DNA of 64,000 nt from an uncultured Actinomycetota bacterium (GCA_963770565.1 CAVYQE010000008.1:128001-192000), one strand, 5' to 3'; positions 1-9,850 are shown, numbered from the stretch's first letter. Translations and numbers: made by a program. Notes: generated by a model from the letters alone, not told the origin.

Positions 1-214
1 TCTGCGCACTGTCCTCACCGCCGCCGAGGACATAGAGATCGAGCTGTTCGGGGACCTCGTCGTCGATCTCCACCCGGACGATCTCCGCGGCCAGCCCGCG
101 CCAGCGCAGTCGCTGGGCGAGCACGGTCGCGTTGCCGCCGTCGCCGTACGTCCCGAGCAGCGACGGGTAGAGCAACCCGATCCGGACCGGGTCGGCCGGG
201 TCCCGGCTAGCCAC
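1..214 (-). CDS. gatD: CobQ-like glutamine amidotransferase GatD (5' part; runs off the left edge)
   Basis: Manual translation from GTG at 214: MASRDPADPVRIGLLYPSLLGTYGDGGNATVLAQRLRWRG...DLYVLGGGED. This matches the typical GatD N-terminus (LYP..LGTYGD.GN, GGGED), and the start overlaps the murT stop. Confidence 0.85.
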   Translation of the reverse strand, partial: MASRDPADPVRIGLLYPSLLGTYGDGGNATVLAQRLRWRGLAAEIVRVEIDDEVPEQLDLYVLGGGEDSAQ

Positions 215-1433
215 GGCCGACCACCTGGCGGTAGGTCTGGAAGGCGGTGTAGTTGGCTAGCACCTCGACCGGACCGATCCGTCCGGCTGACCGCAGCGCG
301 GTCGCGGGGTCGTCGACCCGAGTGTGCTCGACGTCGGCGTACCGGAGCCGGACCGCGACGTCGCGCGACCGCTCGCCGGTCGCCACCACCGACCGGCCGT
401 GCAAGACCTCGAACGGCACGTCCCAGAGCCAGGACGGGTCGCGGCCGTCTGCCGCGTGCGCGTTGACGGCGACGACCACCCCGATGTCGCCGGCCGGCAG
501 CATCGACAGCGCCTCGAGCCAGCCAGCCGGATTCTTGGCGAGCAGCAGCCGGGCCGGCACGTCGTGGTACGTCGTTGACAGGTAGCGACCCTCGACCTCG
601 GCGATGCCGGCCATCGCCGCGAAGGCATCGGCCGGCGAGACGCCCCACAGCCCCGCAGCGGCCGCGGCGAGCGCGGCATTGCCGACATTCACCTGACCGG
701 GAAGCGCGAGTGCGACGGTGTGGCGCCCGCCGCTCGGGTCGATCACGGTGATGCCGTCCACGACCCAGTCCGGGGTCGGGCGGCGCAGGCCGCAGTCGCT
801 GCTCCAGTCGTTCCCGGTACGGCGGATGACCCCGCCGCACTGCGGGCAGGCGGCGGTGTCGCTGTGCCAGCGCTGGCCGGCCGCGACCCAGATCGTCGTC
901 GGCGCCGCGGAAGCGGCCCAGACCACCAGCGGGTCGTCGCAGTTGGCCACGGCGGTCGGCGCCTCGGGACGGTCGAGGGTGTCGCGCCAGATCCCAGCCA
1001 GGCGTCGTACCTCGGCGTACCGGTCGAGCTGGTCCCGGCTGAGGTTCAGCAGGACGACCGCTCGCGGATGTACCGCGGCTGCGACGAGCGGCAGGAACGG
1101 CTCGTCGACCTCGAGGACGCCGTCCTGGGCGGATCGATCCGAGGCGAGCGCGGCCGTCAGCCCGGTGGGCAGGTTGGCGCCGCCGCTGTTGGAGACCACG
1201 GGACCCCGGGTGGCGAGGGCGGCGACCAGCAGGGTCCGGGTCGTGGTCTTGCCGTTGGTGCCGCTGACCAGCGCGAGCGTCCGTCCGGCGGCGGTGCGGG
1301 AGAGCGCGGCCGGGTCGAGCAGCAGGGTGATCCGGCCACCGATCGTGGTGCCGTCGCCGCGGCCGGTCAGCCGGGACAGGCCGGCCGCAGCGCTGCCGAC
1401 CGAGCGGGCAACCGCGAACCGGGTCGGCGTCAC
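207..1433 (-). CDS. murT: MurT-type Mur ligase (lipid II isoglutaminyl synthase subunit, DUF1727 domain)
   Basis: GTNGKTTT P-loop, LEVDE, NLSRDQLDR, Cys cluster CPQC, KNPAG, D.SWLWDVPFE and NYTA motifs. Likely start is GTG at 1433 (GTGA overlap with the upstream ORF); the 565-aa track ORF is over-extended. Confidence 0.9.
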   Translation of the reverse strand: MTPTRFAVARSVGSAAAGLSRLTGRGDGTTIGGRITLLLDPAALSRTAAGRTLALVSGTNGKTTTRTLLVAALATRGPVVSNSGGANLPTGLTAALASDRSAQDGVLEVDEPFLPLVAAAVHPRAVVLLNLSRDQLDRYAEVRRLAGIWRDTLDRPEAPTAVANCDDPLVVWAASAAPTTIWVAAGQRWHSDTAACPQCGGVIRRTGNDWSSDCGLRRPTPDWVVDGITVIDPSGGRHTVALALPGQVNVGNAALAAAAAGLWGVSPADAFAAMAGIAEVEGRYLSTTYHDVPARLLLAKNPAGWLEALSMLPAGDIGVVVAVNAHAADGRDPSWLWDVPFEVLHGRSVVATGERSRDVAVRLRYADVEHTRVDDPATALRSAGRIGPVEVLANYTAFQTYRQVVGRG

Positions 1434-1627
1434 CCCTTGACGTTGAGCCGCGCGATGTAGACCAGCGTCGCGTAGCAGAGCCCGGTGACGGCCGCAACAA
1501 TCGGCCAGACCGTGCGGATGACCCGCGGCGACGCGGTGGAGAGCTTCTTCGAGATCAGGGTGCCGATCGCGAGCAACACCAGGCTGAACCCCGCCAGCAC
1601 GAGGACGAACTTGGATTCGGTGCTCAC
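1430..1627 (-). CDS. Small two-helix membrane protein (65 aa), hypothetical
   Basis: GGAG RBS before GTG, two hydrophobic segments, and the stop overlaps the murT start (GTGA). Confidence 0.65.
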   Translation of the reverse strand: MSTESKFVLVLAGFSLVLLAIGTLISKKLSTASPRVIRTVWPIVAAVTGLCYATLVYIARLNVKG

Positions 1628-1671
1628 GTCGCTCTCCGTCTACGGTCGGTCCGGGTCGGCCTGGTGGAAGC

Positions 1672-3507
1672 CTACCGACTGGCGTACTCCCGATGGTGAC
1701 GCGGCTTGCGTCGCGACACGCGGCCGACCTTCGCGCCGGTCGTGGACAGCGCCCGGGCGGTGTTGACCAGCGGCACGTGGCTGAACGCCTGCGGGGTGTT
1801 GCCGACCTGGCGCTTGCCGACCGGGTCCCACTCTTCGGAGAGCAGGCCGACGTCGTTGCGGAGGTCGAGGACCCGCTCGAACGTCTCGCGGGCCTCGCGT
1901 TCACGGCCGATCAGGTGGAGGTCGTCGGCCAGCCAGAGGGTGCAGGCCAGGAACGCCCCTTCGGTGCCGCGCAGCCCGTCGCCAGCCGCCGTCGTGTCGT
2001 AGCGCAGGACGAAGCCGTCGTGGGTGAGCTCCCGCGCGATCGTGTCGACCGTGCCGATCACCCGCGGGTCGTCCGGCGGCAAGAACCCGACCTGGGGGAT
2101 GAGCAGGGTCGATGCATCCAGCGTGGTGGAGCCGTAGGACTGGGTGAAGGTCCCGCGGTCGGCGTTGTAGCCCTCTCGGCAGACCTCCTCGTGGATCCGG
2201 TCGCGCGCCCCGCGCCATTCGTCGACCGGCCCGCTCAGGCCGAACTGCTCGACCGCCAGCACCGCCCGGTCGAAGCCGACCCAGGCCATCACCTTCGAGT
2301 GCACGAAGTGACGCGGGTCGCCGCGCATCTCCCACAGCGACTGGTCGGGCTGCGCCCACTGGCTTTCGAGCTGGTCGAGGACGACCCGCTGCAAGGCCCA
2401 CGAGTTGTCGTGGGCACTCAGTCCCGACGTGCGGTCCAGGTGCAGGGCGTCGAGCAGCTCGCCGTACACATCCAGCTGGAACTGGCCGGATGCCTCGTTG
2501 CCGACCCGGACCGGGAGCGAGCCCTCGTAGCCCGACAGCCACGGCAGGGTGAACTCGGTCAGCCGCCGCTCGCCGGAGATGCCGTACATGATCTGCATCT
2601 TTCGCGGGTCGCCGGCGACGGCGCGCAGCAGCCACTCGCGCCAGGCCTTGGCCTCGTCGGTGCAGCCGGCGTAGATGAGCGCCTGCAGCGTCATCGTGGC
2701 GTCGCGCAGCCAGCAGTAGCGGTAGTCCCAGTTGCGTTCGCCGCCGATCGCCTCAGGCAACGAGGTGGTGGCCGCGGCGACAATGCCACCGGTCGGGGCG
2801 TAGGTCAACGCCTTGAGGGTGGCGAGCGAGCGGATCACCGCCTCCCGCCACTCCCCGTCGTAATGGCAGTGCGCGACCCATTGCGTCCAGGCGGTCTCGG
2901 TGTCGCGCAGCGCTTCCTCGGCGTCCACCGCTCGCGGCGGTGGCAGGTGTGACTGCTGCCAGGTCAGCACGAACGGGATCCGGTCGCCGGCGTTGACGCT
3001 GAACTGTGCGTGGTGAGCCATGTCCTTTGCGTGGAGCTGGATCGCCGTGCGCAGGCAGACCGAGTCCGGGCCGGCGATCATCCGCAGGTGGCCGTCCATC
3101 CGTCGCGCCCACGGCATGATCGAGCCGTAGTCGAATCTGACCCGCAGCGTGGTCTCCATGTCGACGCGACCCGAGACGCCCTCTACGATCCGTACGACGT
3201 CCGGTGCCTCGCCGCGCGGCGGCATGAAGTCGATGATCCGGACCGCGCCGCTCTTGGTCTCCCACTCGGTCTCGAGAATCAGCGAGTCGCCGCGGTAGCG
3301 CCGGCGGGTGCATTCCGGCGCGCCCGCCGGGGACAGCTGCCAGCTGCCGTTCTCGGCGTCACCGAGCAGCGCGGCGAAGCAGGCGCCGGAGTCGAAGTGC
3401 GGGAAGGCCAGCCAGTCGATGGCGCCGCGACGACTCACCAGCGCCGCGGTGTGCAGGTCGCCGAGGAGCGCGTAGCTCTCGATCGGCTCGTGGGTCGAGG
3501 TCGTCAC
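1672..3507 (-). CDS. Glycoside hydrolase family 15 (glucoamylase/trehalase-like)
   Basis: YALLGD..TAALV, SLPE..GGERNWDYRYCWLRDA, QLDVYGE, LLSEE and GNTPQAFSH motifs. Start GTG 3507 follows TACTGT by 7 nt (leaderless). Confidence 0.92.
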   Translation of the reverse strand: MTTSTHEPIESYALLGDLHTAALVSRRGAIDWLAFPHFDSGACFAALLGDAENGSWQLSPAGAPECTRRRYRGDSLILETEWETKSGAVRIIDFMPPRGEAPDVVRIVEGVSGRVDMETTLRVRFDYGSIMPWARRMDGHLRMIAGPDSVCLRTAIQLHAKDMAHHAQFSVNAGDRIPFVLTWQQSHLPPPRAVDAEEALRDTETAWTQWVAHCHYDGEWREAVIRSLATLKALTYAPTGGIVAAATTSLPEAIGGERNWDYRYCWLRDATMTLQALIYAGCTDEAKAWREWLLRAVAGDPRKMQIMYGISGERRLTEFTLPWLSGYEGSLPVRVGNEASGQFQLDVYGELLDALHLDRTSGLSAHDNSWALQRVVLDQLESQWAQPDQSLWEMRGDPRHFVHSKVMAWVGFDRAVLAVEQFGLSGPVDEWRGARDRIHEEVCREGYNADRGTFTQSYGSTTLDASTLLIPQVGFLPPDDPRVIGTVDTIARELTHDGFVLRYDTTAAGDGLRGTEGAFLACTLWLADDLHLIGREREARETFERVLDLRNDVGLLSEEWDPVGKRQVGNTPQAFSHVPLVNTARALSTTGAKVGRVSRRKPRHHREYASR

Positions 3508-3586
3508 CTGGCTGACAGTAGCCTCGTCATCGAAGGCAGGCCACGGGGTGTCCGGTGCCGGCCGGGTCGTAGGCGGGAGCGTCGAG

Positions 3587-3925
3587 ATGAGCGTGCGGCA
3601 GCTGGTGCTGTGCACGATCGCGGCCGGCCTCGTCACCTCGCTGGCCGGCTGCAACAGTTCGACGCTGACCAAGCAGGAACTGGTGGTCTACTTCACCCAG
3701 AACGCGCCGACCTCGGATCACACGGCGGCACTCAAGGCGTGTGCGCACGCCGCGCCGAATGCGAACCCCGAGCCGATCCTGAAGAGCAACCTCGCGTCCG
3801 ACCAGGTCGGCGACGTCCGGTTCCGGATCGACCACGCCGACGACAAGGACATCGCGCTGCTGACCGAGTGCCTGAACAAGCAGCCGGGCGTGGCCGGCGT
3901 CGATATCCCGGACCTCACCGACTAG
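3587..3925 (+). CDS. Small lipoprotein, hypothetical
   Basis: GGGAG RBS, ATG 3587, signal peptide with LAGC lipobox, GC-typical codon usage. Confidence 0.75.
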   Translation: MSVRQLVLCTIAAGLVTSLAGCNSSTLTKQELVVYFTQNAPTSDHTAALKACAHAAPNANPEPILKSNLASDQVGDVRFRIDHADDKDIALLTECLNKQPGVAGVDIPDLTD

Positions 3926-3935
3926 TGATGGGGTT

Positions 3936-5591
3936 CTAGCCCGACACCTGCACCGAGCTCAGCGTCTGCGGGTGGTCGGACACGGCCTCCAACCGCAGCC
4001 GGGTGCCCGGCGAGGGTTGGAACCCGCGGTCCGGGTTGACCAACTGGTAGTCCGCGGTCTGCCCGGCGGCCAGGCTGGCCGGACCGCTGCTGACCGTCCA
4101 GAAGACGCCGAGCTGGGCATCGCCGAGCAGGACGAAGCTCGGATGGACGCGGTGGCCCGAGCGGTTGTGGACGTCGACCTCGATGTTGGTCAGCCGGCCG
4201 GCCGGGCCGCGCTGGGTGGTGACGACCGTCATGCGTAGCGGGCTCGGCGTCGCCAGGGCGACCGCCACGCACGCGACGACGACCGCGGTCGCGACTCCCG
4301 CCGCCGCCCATCGGACCCAGGAGCGATCCAACCGGGCTGGCGCCGCCAACGGTCTGGCGGTCGAGAAGTCGGTCGTCGCCGCGGTCACAGCGGCGAGCAC
4401 CCACAGCGGAGCGACGACGACGTAGTAGGTGTCCTCGGACCGGATCGCCAGCCAGAAGACCACGATCGGGAGCACCGCGATCGCCGGTGCGAGCCGACCG
4501 GGCGCGAGCGCGAGCGCGACGAGCAGGGCGACGTATGCGACCGCGGCGGCGTACGTGAAGAAGTCCAGCGCCCCGCTGCCGGCGGCCAAGTTGCCGCTGA
4601 CCATCGCGATGCCGGGCCCATAGATCAAGGCGTGCTGGGTCACGACGCTCGTGATCCCGTGCCACCAGTCGCCGGCGCCGACCACCGCGAACGGGAGGTT
4701 GATGATCGCGAACGTCCCGAGCGCGATGCCGAGATAGCGGGCGACTACGACGGCGGCCGCGGATCGCGACAGCTCGGCTCGGCGCATCCGCCACAGGCCG
4801 ACGGCGACGAACGGCACGAGGAACCACGCGAGCTGCTGGGTCGCCATCGCCACGCCCAGGCAGAGTGCCTTGGCCAGCCCGGGCCGGCCGAGTCGCCCGG
4901 ACCGCCCCGTGGCCGGCCACCGCCAGAGCGCCGCGGCGAGAAACGGTACGGCGACTACTTCGGGCGCCCCGGCCGCCGCCCGGCTGGCCTCGAACGCGAT
5001 CCCGAACACGACCAGGACCGCAAGCGGCCGCCACGAGGCCGGGAGCACCGCGAACATGAAACCGGCGGTCGCGATCAGGGCGAGCCCGGTGATGACGGCC
5101 GGAGTGGCCAGGCCGTGCCACACCAGCCCGGCCGCCGCGCCGAGCAGCGCGCTCACCGGCGGGTAGACGAACCGGTCGACCACGCCGCCGCCCATTAGCT
5201 GGGTCGGCAGCTGCGCGACCGCGGCCGGCCAGTGGTAGTGGTACGGGCTGTGGCCGTGCCGCAGGACGTCGATCGCGTGCGAGGTGAGAAGCCCCTCGTC
5301 GCTGTAGGTGACGCTGCCGGTGGCGAACCGGTGCATCTGGACCGCTTCGATCAGGACGGCGACCGCGAGCACACCGAGGTCCACCCGGACGACGGTTCGG
5401 CGGTGCCTGGCACAGATCGCCGTGACGATCAGCGCGAGCAGGGCGGCGTACCCGAGGCTGACGACCAGGCCGAGATTGGCGGAGTCGGTGGTGGTGTGCA
5501 GCCAGATCGTGCGCAGCCCGGCCAGAATCGAGGCCGCGGCGAGCGCGGAGAGCACCCGGTGCGTGCGACCCGGCGCTAGTTCAGGTACCAC
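3936..5591 (-). CDS. Polytopic membrane protein, putative GT-C glycosyltransferase (GT87/DUF2029-like) with C-terminal extracellular domain
   Basis: About 12 hydrophobic segments, SDE acidic motif in the first loop, G.SPY and F.YPP motifs typical of GT87-like enzymes. Overlaps the GH26 stop. Confidence 0.6.
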   Translation of the reverse strand: MVPELAPGRTHRVLSALAAASILAGLRTIWLHTTTDSANLGLVVSLGYAALLALIVTAICARHRRTVVRVDLGVLAVAVLIEAVQMHRFATGSVTYSDEGLLTSHAIDVLRHGHSPYHYHWPAAVAQLPTQLMGGGVVDRFVYPPVSALLGAAAGLVWHGLATPAVITGLALIATAGFMFAVLPASWRPLAVLVVFGIAFEASRAAAGAPEVVAVPFLAAALWRWPATGRSGRLGRPGLAKALCLGVAMATQQLAWFLVPFVAVGLWRMRRAELSRSAAAVVVARYLGIALGTFAIINLPFAVVGAGDWWHGITSVVTQHALIYGPGIAMVSGNLAAGSGALDFFTYAAAVAYVALLVALALAPGRLAPAIAVLPIVVFWLAIRSEDTYYVVVAPLWVLAAVTAATTDFSTARPLAAPARLDRSWVRWAAAGVATAVVVACVAVALATPSPLRMTVVTTQRGPAGRLTNIEVDVHNRSGHRVHPSFVLLGDAQLGVFWTVSSGPASLAAGQTADYQLVNPDRGFQPSPGTRLRLEAVSDHPQTLSSVQVSG

Positions 5592-6724
5592 GCATCGCCG
5601 GGCTTGCCCGACGCGAAGATCTTCTGGTCGATGCCCTTCCGGAACGCCGGCAGGCTCTTCGGCTCCATCGGGTCGACGAACGGCCAGAAGCTGCGGTCGG
5701 TGTACTTGTGCTGCTCGAAGTAGATCAGGCCGTTGAAGCGCTTGCTCACCGCGATCGAGTGCAGCAGGTTCGTGATCTGCCAGGCCTTGCGATAGCTACG
5801 CCCGACCCCGGTCTCGGCCAGGAGCCACGGCTTGTGCCCGGCGACGCTCTTGAGCTGGTCGATCGTGGAGCCGAACAGCTTGGCGAAGGTGTACGACGGG
5901 TGGCTGTAATAGCCGTCGATGCCGACCCAGTCGACCCAGTCGCGGCCGGGGTAGATCTTGCCGAAGTGGATCAGCTTCTCGCCCTTCACGCCCTGGAAGT
6001 TCGGGCTCCACACCCACAGCACGTTGGTCGCGTGCTCGGCGGTGAAGATCCGGTAGACGTGCCGCCACATCTCGACGTAGAGCTTGCCCTTTTCGGTCGG
6101 CGTGTCGGCGGTGGGTTGCTCGGTGTTGTTCGTGACGCCCCAGGGGTACCAGAAGCCGTTGGGCTCCTGGTCGAACCGCAGCGCGATCGGGCAACCGATC
6201 GAGGCGATCGCCTGTGCGGTCGACCTGATGTAGTCGTCGAACTCACCCTTGATGATGTTCGGCATCGAGAACGCCTGCTGGGTGTAGGCGACACCTTGGG
6301 TCGGGTTGGTGGCGGTGGTGTCCCAGGACTCCCAGGTGAGCATCGGCATCATGCCGGCCGCGCAGGCGTTCTCGGCGATCGTGGGGTCGAAGTTCGGTAC
6401 GCCGGCCAGCGCGTTCGCGGCGGTGCCCCAGTCGAGGTAGTACATGTCGAGGTTCGGCCGCTTGCCGGTCTCGTTCCGGATCGTCGTGATCGGCGTGGTG
6501 ACCGACTGAGGGACGCCTTCCATGGAGATGCCGAAGTACTTGCGCTTCGGATGGAGCAGCCGGTTCTTGTTGATCTTGAAGCCAGGGCTGTTGGCCGGGA
6601 TGTAGCGCACGTGCGCGGCGGCGATCGACGCCGGGGTGACGCTCGCGCAGCCGGCCGCGCCCAGCACGCCGGTCGCGAGCGCGGCCGCCACGAGGGCACG
6701 CTGTCCGGAAGATGTCGATCTCAT
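5576..6724 (-). CDS. Glycoside hydrolase family 26 lipoprotein (beta-mannanase/beta-glycanase family)
   Basis: AAGC lipobox, PMLTWE, LRFDQEPNGFWYPW (acid/base Glu), WVWSPN, YPG.DWVDWVGIDGY and LAETG (nucleophile). ATG 6724 overlaps the upstream stop (ATGA). Confidence 0.88.
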   Translation of the reverse strand: MRSTSSGQRALVAAALATGVLGAAGCASVTPASIAAAHVRYIPANSPGFKINKNRLLHPKRKYFGISMEGVPQSVTTPITTIRNETGKRPNLDMYYLDWGTAANALAGVPNFDPTIAENACAAGMMPMLTWESWDTTATNPTQGVAYTQQAFSMPNIIKGEFDDYIRSTAQAIASIGCPIALRFDQEPNGFWYPWGVTNNTEQPTADTPTEKGKLYVEMWRHVYRIFTAEHATNVLWVWSPNFQGVKGEKLIHFGKIYPGRDWVDWVGIDGYYSHPSYTFAKLFGSTIDQLKSVAGHKPWLLAETGVGRSYRKAWQITNLLHSIAVSKRFNGLIYFEQHKYTDRSFWPFVDPMEPKSLPAFRKGIDQKIFASGKPGDAWYLN

Positions 6725-8286
6725 CGCGGCAGCTCCGCCCGCCAGAGGTACCAATAATGGTGCTGATCTGTCTTTGAGAACGGCACTTTGGCCACCAAGG
6801 TGTAGCGGTTGCGGAGAATTGTCAACATTTGCTGGTCTAGCCCGATGGTGGCCCCTTCATCCCGGTACAGGAACAGCGCGAACTCGCCGTTCGTCAGTTG
6901 GTCCTGCATCACTTCAGCCCCGTTCGGCCCCTGGTACTGCCCGTCGTACGTCGTCTCCCACTGGTTGTACCCAGTTATGCCCGACAAGTAGTACGCCGGG
7001 ATGGCGCTGTCATCGACGAGGTACTTCTCGCTCCCGGCCCGGACGTAATGGGCGAGCACCAGGTTGATCTGGTTGGAGTTCGGCCAGCCGTAGACCATCG
7101 CCTGGGAGGTCCCCATCCCCGAGCTGAGCACGAGGATCGCGCCGACCAGCGCGGTGGCCGCCCTGGCCCCGAGAAGTCGCCCCCGGCGGAGCAGGGCCAT
7201 CCCGGTGACTCCGACGAGCGGGGCGAGGAACAGCACCCCGAACGCGATGTTCTTGTGCAGCGACGCCGACTCGGAGAACCGGATCTGGACCACCGCGGGC
7301 ACGAGCGACGTGGTGAGCAGCACGATCCCGAGCGCGGCGTGGCGACGCCACCCCAGTGCCACGCCGATCAGGCCGACCGCGGTCAGACCGCCGACGTAGG
7401 TGATGCAGTCACGAAGCAGGTCGTACCGGTTCTCGGGGAGCAGCGTCGTGCGGTTGAGCGAGGTGGAGAGCATGCCCTGCCAGTCGTGATGGTTGAGGAT
7501 CAGCGCACCGAGGCCGCAGCAGATCACCAGGGCAATGACCGCGAGCCCGGTCCTGCGCGCGGCCCGGCGGGCGCCGGAGCGCTGCAACACGACGAGGAAC
7601 GCTACGGCGAGCACGCTCGGGATGAAGGCGAGCGCGAAGTACTTCTCGGCGGTTGCGAGGGCGAGGCACGGGCCGAGCGCGAGCGCGAATCGGCGGCCGT
7701 CCGGGGTGCGGACCGCGAGGTAGAACGCGATCGCGAGCAGCAGCAGGCAGGGTGCGTCGAAGCTGGCGAACCGGCCCACGAAGATGGTCGCCGGGTTGAG
7801 ACCGAAGATCGCCGCCGCGATCAGTCCCGCACCCTGGCCGAACACCCGCCGGGTGGCCAGGTAGGCAAAGACGGTCGCGACGAGCACCATCGCGGTGTTG
7901 GCGGCGTGGACCGCCACGACACCGCCGAGGTGGTCGATCATCGCCGCCGGCACGGCGTAGACGGTCGGTACTCCGGAGAAGTAGGCACCGAAGTCCGGTG
8001 AGCGGGTGCCGTGCAGGAGGTGCGCGATGATCTGGTGGCCGGCGTTGATGTAGAGGGCCTCGTCCTCCTCCAGGCTGTTGTTGAGCCTGAACGCCAACCA
8101 CGCCTGGGCGATGAGGATCGGCGCGAGCCAGATGCCGTGGCTGGTGATCGCCCGGGTCATCCACCGGTCGAAGCGGGTCTCGCGGTGCGGTTGTTTGGTG
8201 TGCCGATCCGCCCGCAGACCGGTGCGCACTGGGCGGGTCTGAAGCGGCGCCGTCAGCGTGGGCTGGGGCGGGACGTCGATGCTCAT
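6721..8286 (-). CDS. PMT/ArnT-like (GT39/GT83, GT-C fold) glycosyltransferase
   Basis: DEALY motif after the first TM helix, FASFDAP and KY motifs, many TM helices, soluble C-terminal domain. Confidence 0.75.
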   Translation of the reverse strand: MSIDVPPQPTLTAPLQTRPVRTGLRADRHTKQPHRETRFDRWMTRAITSHGIWLAPILIAQAWLAFRLNNSLEEDEALYINAGHQIIAHLLHGTRSPDFGAYFSGVPTVYAVPAAMIDHLGGVVAVHAANTAMVLVATVFAYLATRRVFGQGAGLIAAAIFGLNPATIFVGRFASFDAPCLLLLAIAFYLAVRTPDGRRFALALGPCLALATAEKYFALAFIPSVLAVAFLVVLQRSGARRAARRTGLAVIALVICCGLGALILNHHDWQGMLSTSLNRTTLLPENRYDLLRDCITYVGGLTAVGLIGVALGWRRHAALGIVLLTTSLVPAVVQIRFSESASLHKNIAFGVLFLAPLVGVTGMALLRRGRLLGARAATALVGAILVLSSGMGTSQAMVYGWPNSNQINLVLAHYVRAGSEKYLVDDSAIPAYYLSGITGYNQWETTYDGQYQGPNGAEVMQDQLTNGEFALFLYRDEGATIGLDQQMLTILRNRYTLVAKVPFSKTDQHHYWYLWRAELPR

Positions 8287-8296
8287 ATCGCCGGGC

Positions 8297-9850
8297 TCAT
8301 GTGACAGTCCGCAGGCGCAGTTGTGGCCGGTGCTTCATCGCTTCGGCGATCAACGGCATTTGGATGTAGAGCGCAAAGCTGGCCACGATGACCATCGGGT
8401 ACAACGACCCGATCGTGGCAACCCCGGTGCCAAGGTCACGGACGATGCCGGCCCACAGCAGGGCCTGGACCGCGGTCAGCCAGCCCGCCATCAGCCACCC
8501 GATTCGCGCCCCCAGCGGGCTGCGGCTGACCGCACCGGTCGCGACCCACTCCTGGGTGTCGCCGCGCCAGGTGTCCCAGATCGCAACGGCGTGCGAGAAG
8601 TACTGCGCGAGCTGGATCCGCAGCACGCTGAAGTCCCAGCGGCCGCGGTAGGTCCAGAAGATCAGCGGGTAGGCGAAGATCAGCGGCAGCAGCAGCAGGT
8701 AGTTGCGGGAGTGGATCGCGTCCGGGTGCTGCCAGAGCAGGTAGACCGGTGGGATGAACGCGGTGAAGGCGCTGAGCGCCGTCGACAGGTAGTAGCCGAA
8801 GCCGCTCCAGAAGCACAGCCGCTGCTGCCAGGTCAGGCCCATCGAGCGGAAGGCCGGGTTGAGCATCAGGCTCATCGACCCCGCACACCAGCGGTACTGC
8901 TGGGACACGAAGGGCGGCAGCCCTTCCGGGCAGAGGCCCTTGGCGAGGATGACCGGGACGTAGCGGACGGCGTACCCGGCGCGCATCAGTGCGACGCCGG
9001 TGTGGACGTCCTCCGAGTGCGCGATCTGAGCGAATCCACCCGCGCGTTCCAGCCCTTCCCGGCGGTACAGGGCGCAGGTGCCGACGCAGATCGGAGCGCC
9101 GATCGCGTCCCGGGAGGGTTGCGTCCAGCGGTAGAACAGCTCCTGGACGGCGCCGGCCGATCGCTGTACCCAGCGGTCGGTGGAGTGGGTGTCGAAGAAC
9201 TGGGGGGACTGCACGATCCCGATCTCGGCGTCGTCGAGGTAGGGCATCAGCTCGAGGAGGTACTCCGGGCGCGGTGCGAAGTCGGCGTCGAGGACGGTGA
9301 TGACCTCGCCGTCGGAGTTGGCGTAGCCGAAGGCGAGGTTGCCGGCCTTCTTCATCCGGCCGCGGTCCAACCGGCTCATGTAGCGAAAACCGAAGCGCCG
9401 GGCGAGGACGCGCACGATCTCGCGGGCGGAGTCGTCGAGGACGTAGACCTCGATCGCGCCCGGATACTCGAGCATCGCGACGTGGCGGAAGGTGTTCTCC
9501 AGTACGTCGAGCGGCTCGCCCGCGCTCGGCAGGAACACGTCGACCGAGGGGTATTGCTCGGGTGACCAGAGCAACACGCGCTGCTCGTGGTCGGTTTGGC
9601 TGAGCCGGCGCGGCCGGGTCGAGCAGTAGAGGCCGATCAGCGAGACGCCGACCATGCCGAGAACGACCATGATCATCAGGCTGACGTGCGGGTCCTCGAA
9701 GCCGAATCGGCTCAGGCTGACGATCAGGCCGATGAATGCGACGAATCGGGCGACGAGGAACCAGCGCCGCTGGGTGCCGAAGTACCAGTACTTCTGCTCG
9801 TCGGTCACGTCGGTCGGCACCAATTGTGGGCTGGTGGTACGGCCGGGCAC
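8297..9850 (-). CDS. Cellulose-synthase-like processive GT2 (BcsA/CslA-like, no PilZ domain)
   Basis: VDVFLP..GEP, LDD, KAGNL, DADF, VQSPQFF, SED and QQYRW (D,D,D,QxxRW signature), with TM helices at both ends. GGAG RBS before GTG 9850. Confidence 0.9.
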   Translation of the reverse strand: MPGRTTSPQLVPTDVTDEQKYWYFGTQRRWFLVARFVAFIGLIVSLSRFGFEDPHVSLMIMVVLGMVGVSLIGLYCSTRPRRLSQTDHEQRVLLWSPEQYPSVDVFLPSAGEPLDVLENTFRHVAMLEYPGAIEVYVLDDSAREIVRVLARRFGFRYMSRLDRGRMKKAGNLAFGYANSDGEVITVLDADFAPRPEYLLELMPYLDDAEIGIVQSPQFFDTHSTDRWVQRSAGAVQELFYRWTQPSRDAIGAPICVGTCALYRREGLERAGGFAQIAHSEDVHTGVALMRAGYAVRYVPVILAKGLCPEGLPPFVSQQYRWCAGSMSLMLNPAFRSMGLTWQQRLCFWSGFGYYLSTALSAFTAFIPPVYLLWQHPDAIHSRNYLLLLPLIFAYPLIFWTYRGRWDFSVLRIQLAQYFSHAVAIWDTWRGDTQEWVATGAVSRSPLGARIGWLMAGWLTAVQALLWAGIVRDLGTGVATIGSLYPMVIVASFALYIQMPLIAEAMKHRPQLRLRTVT

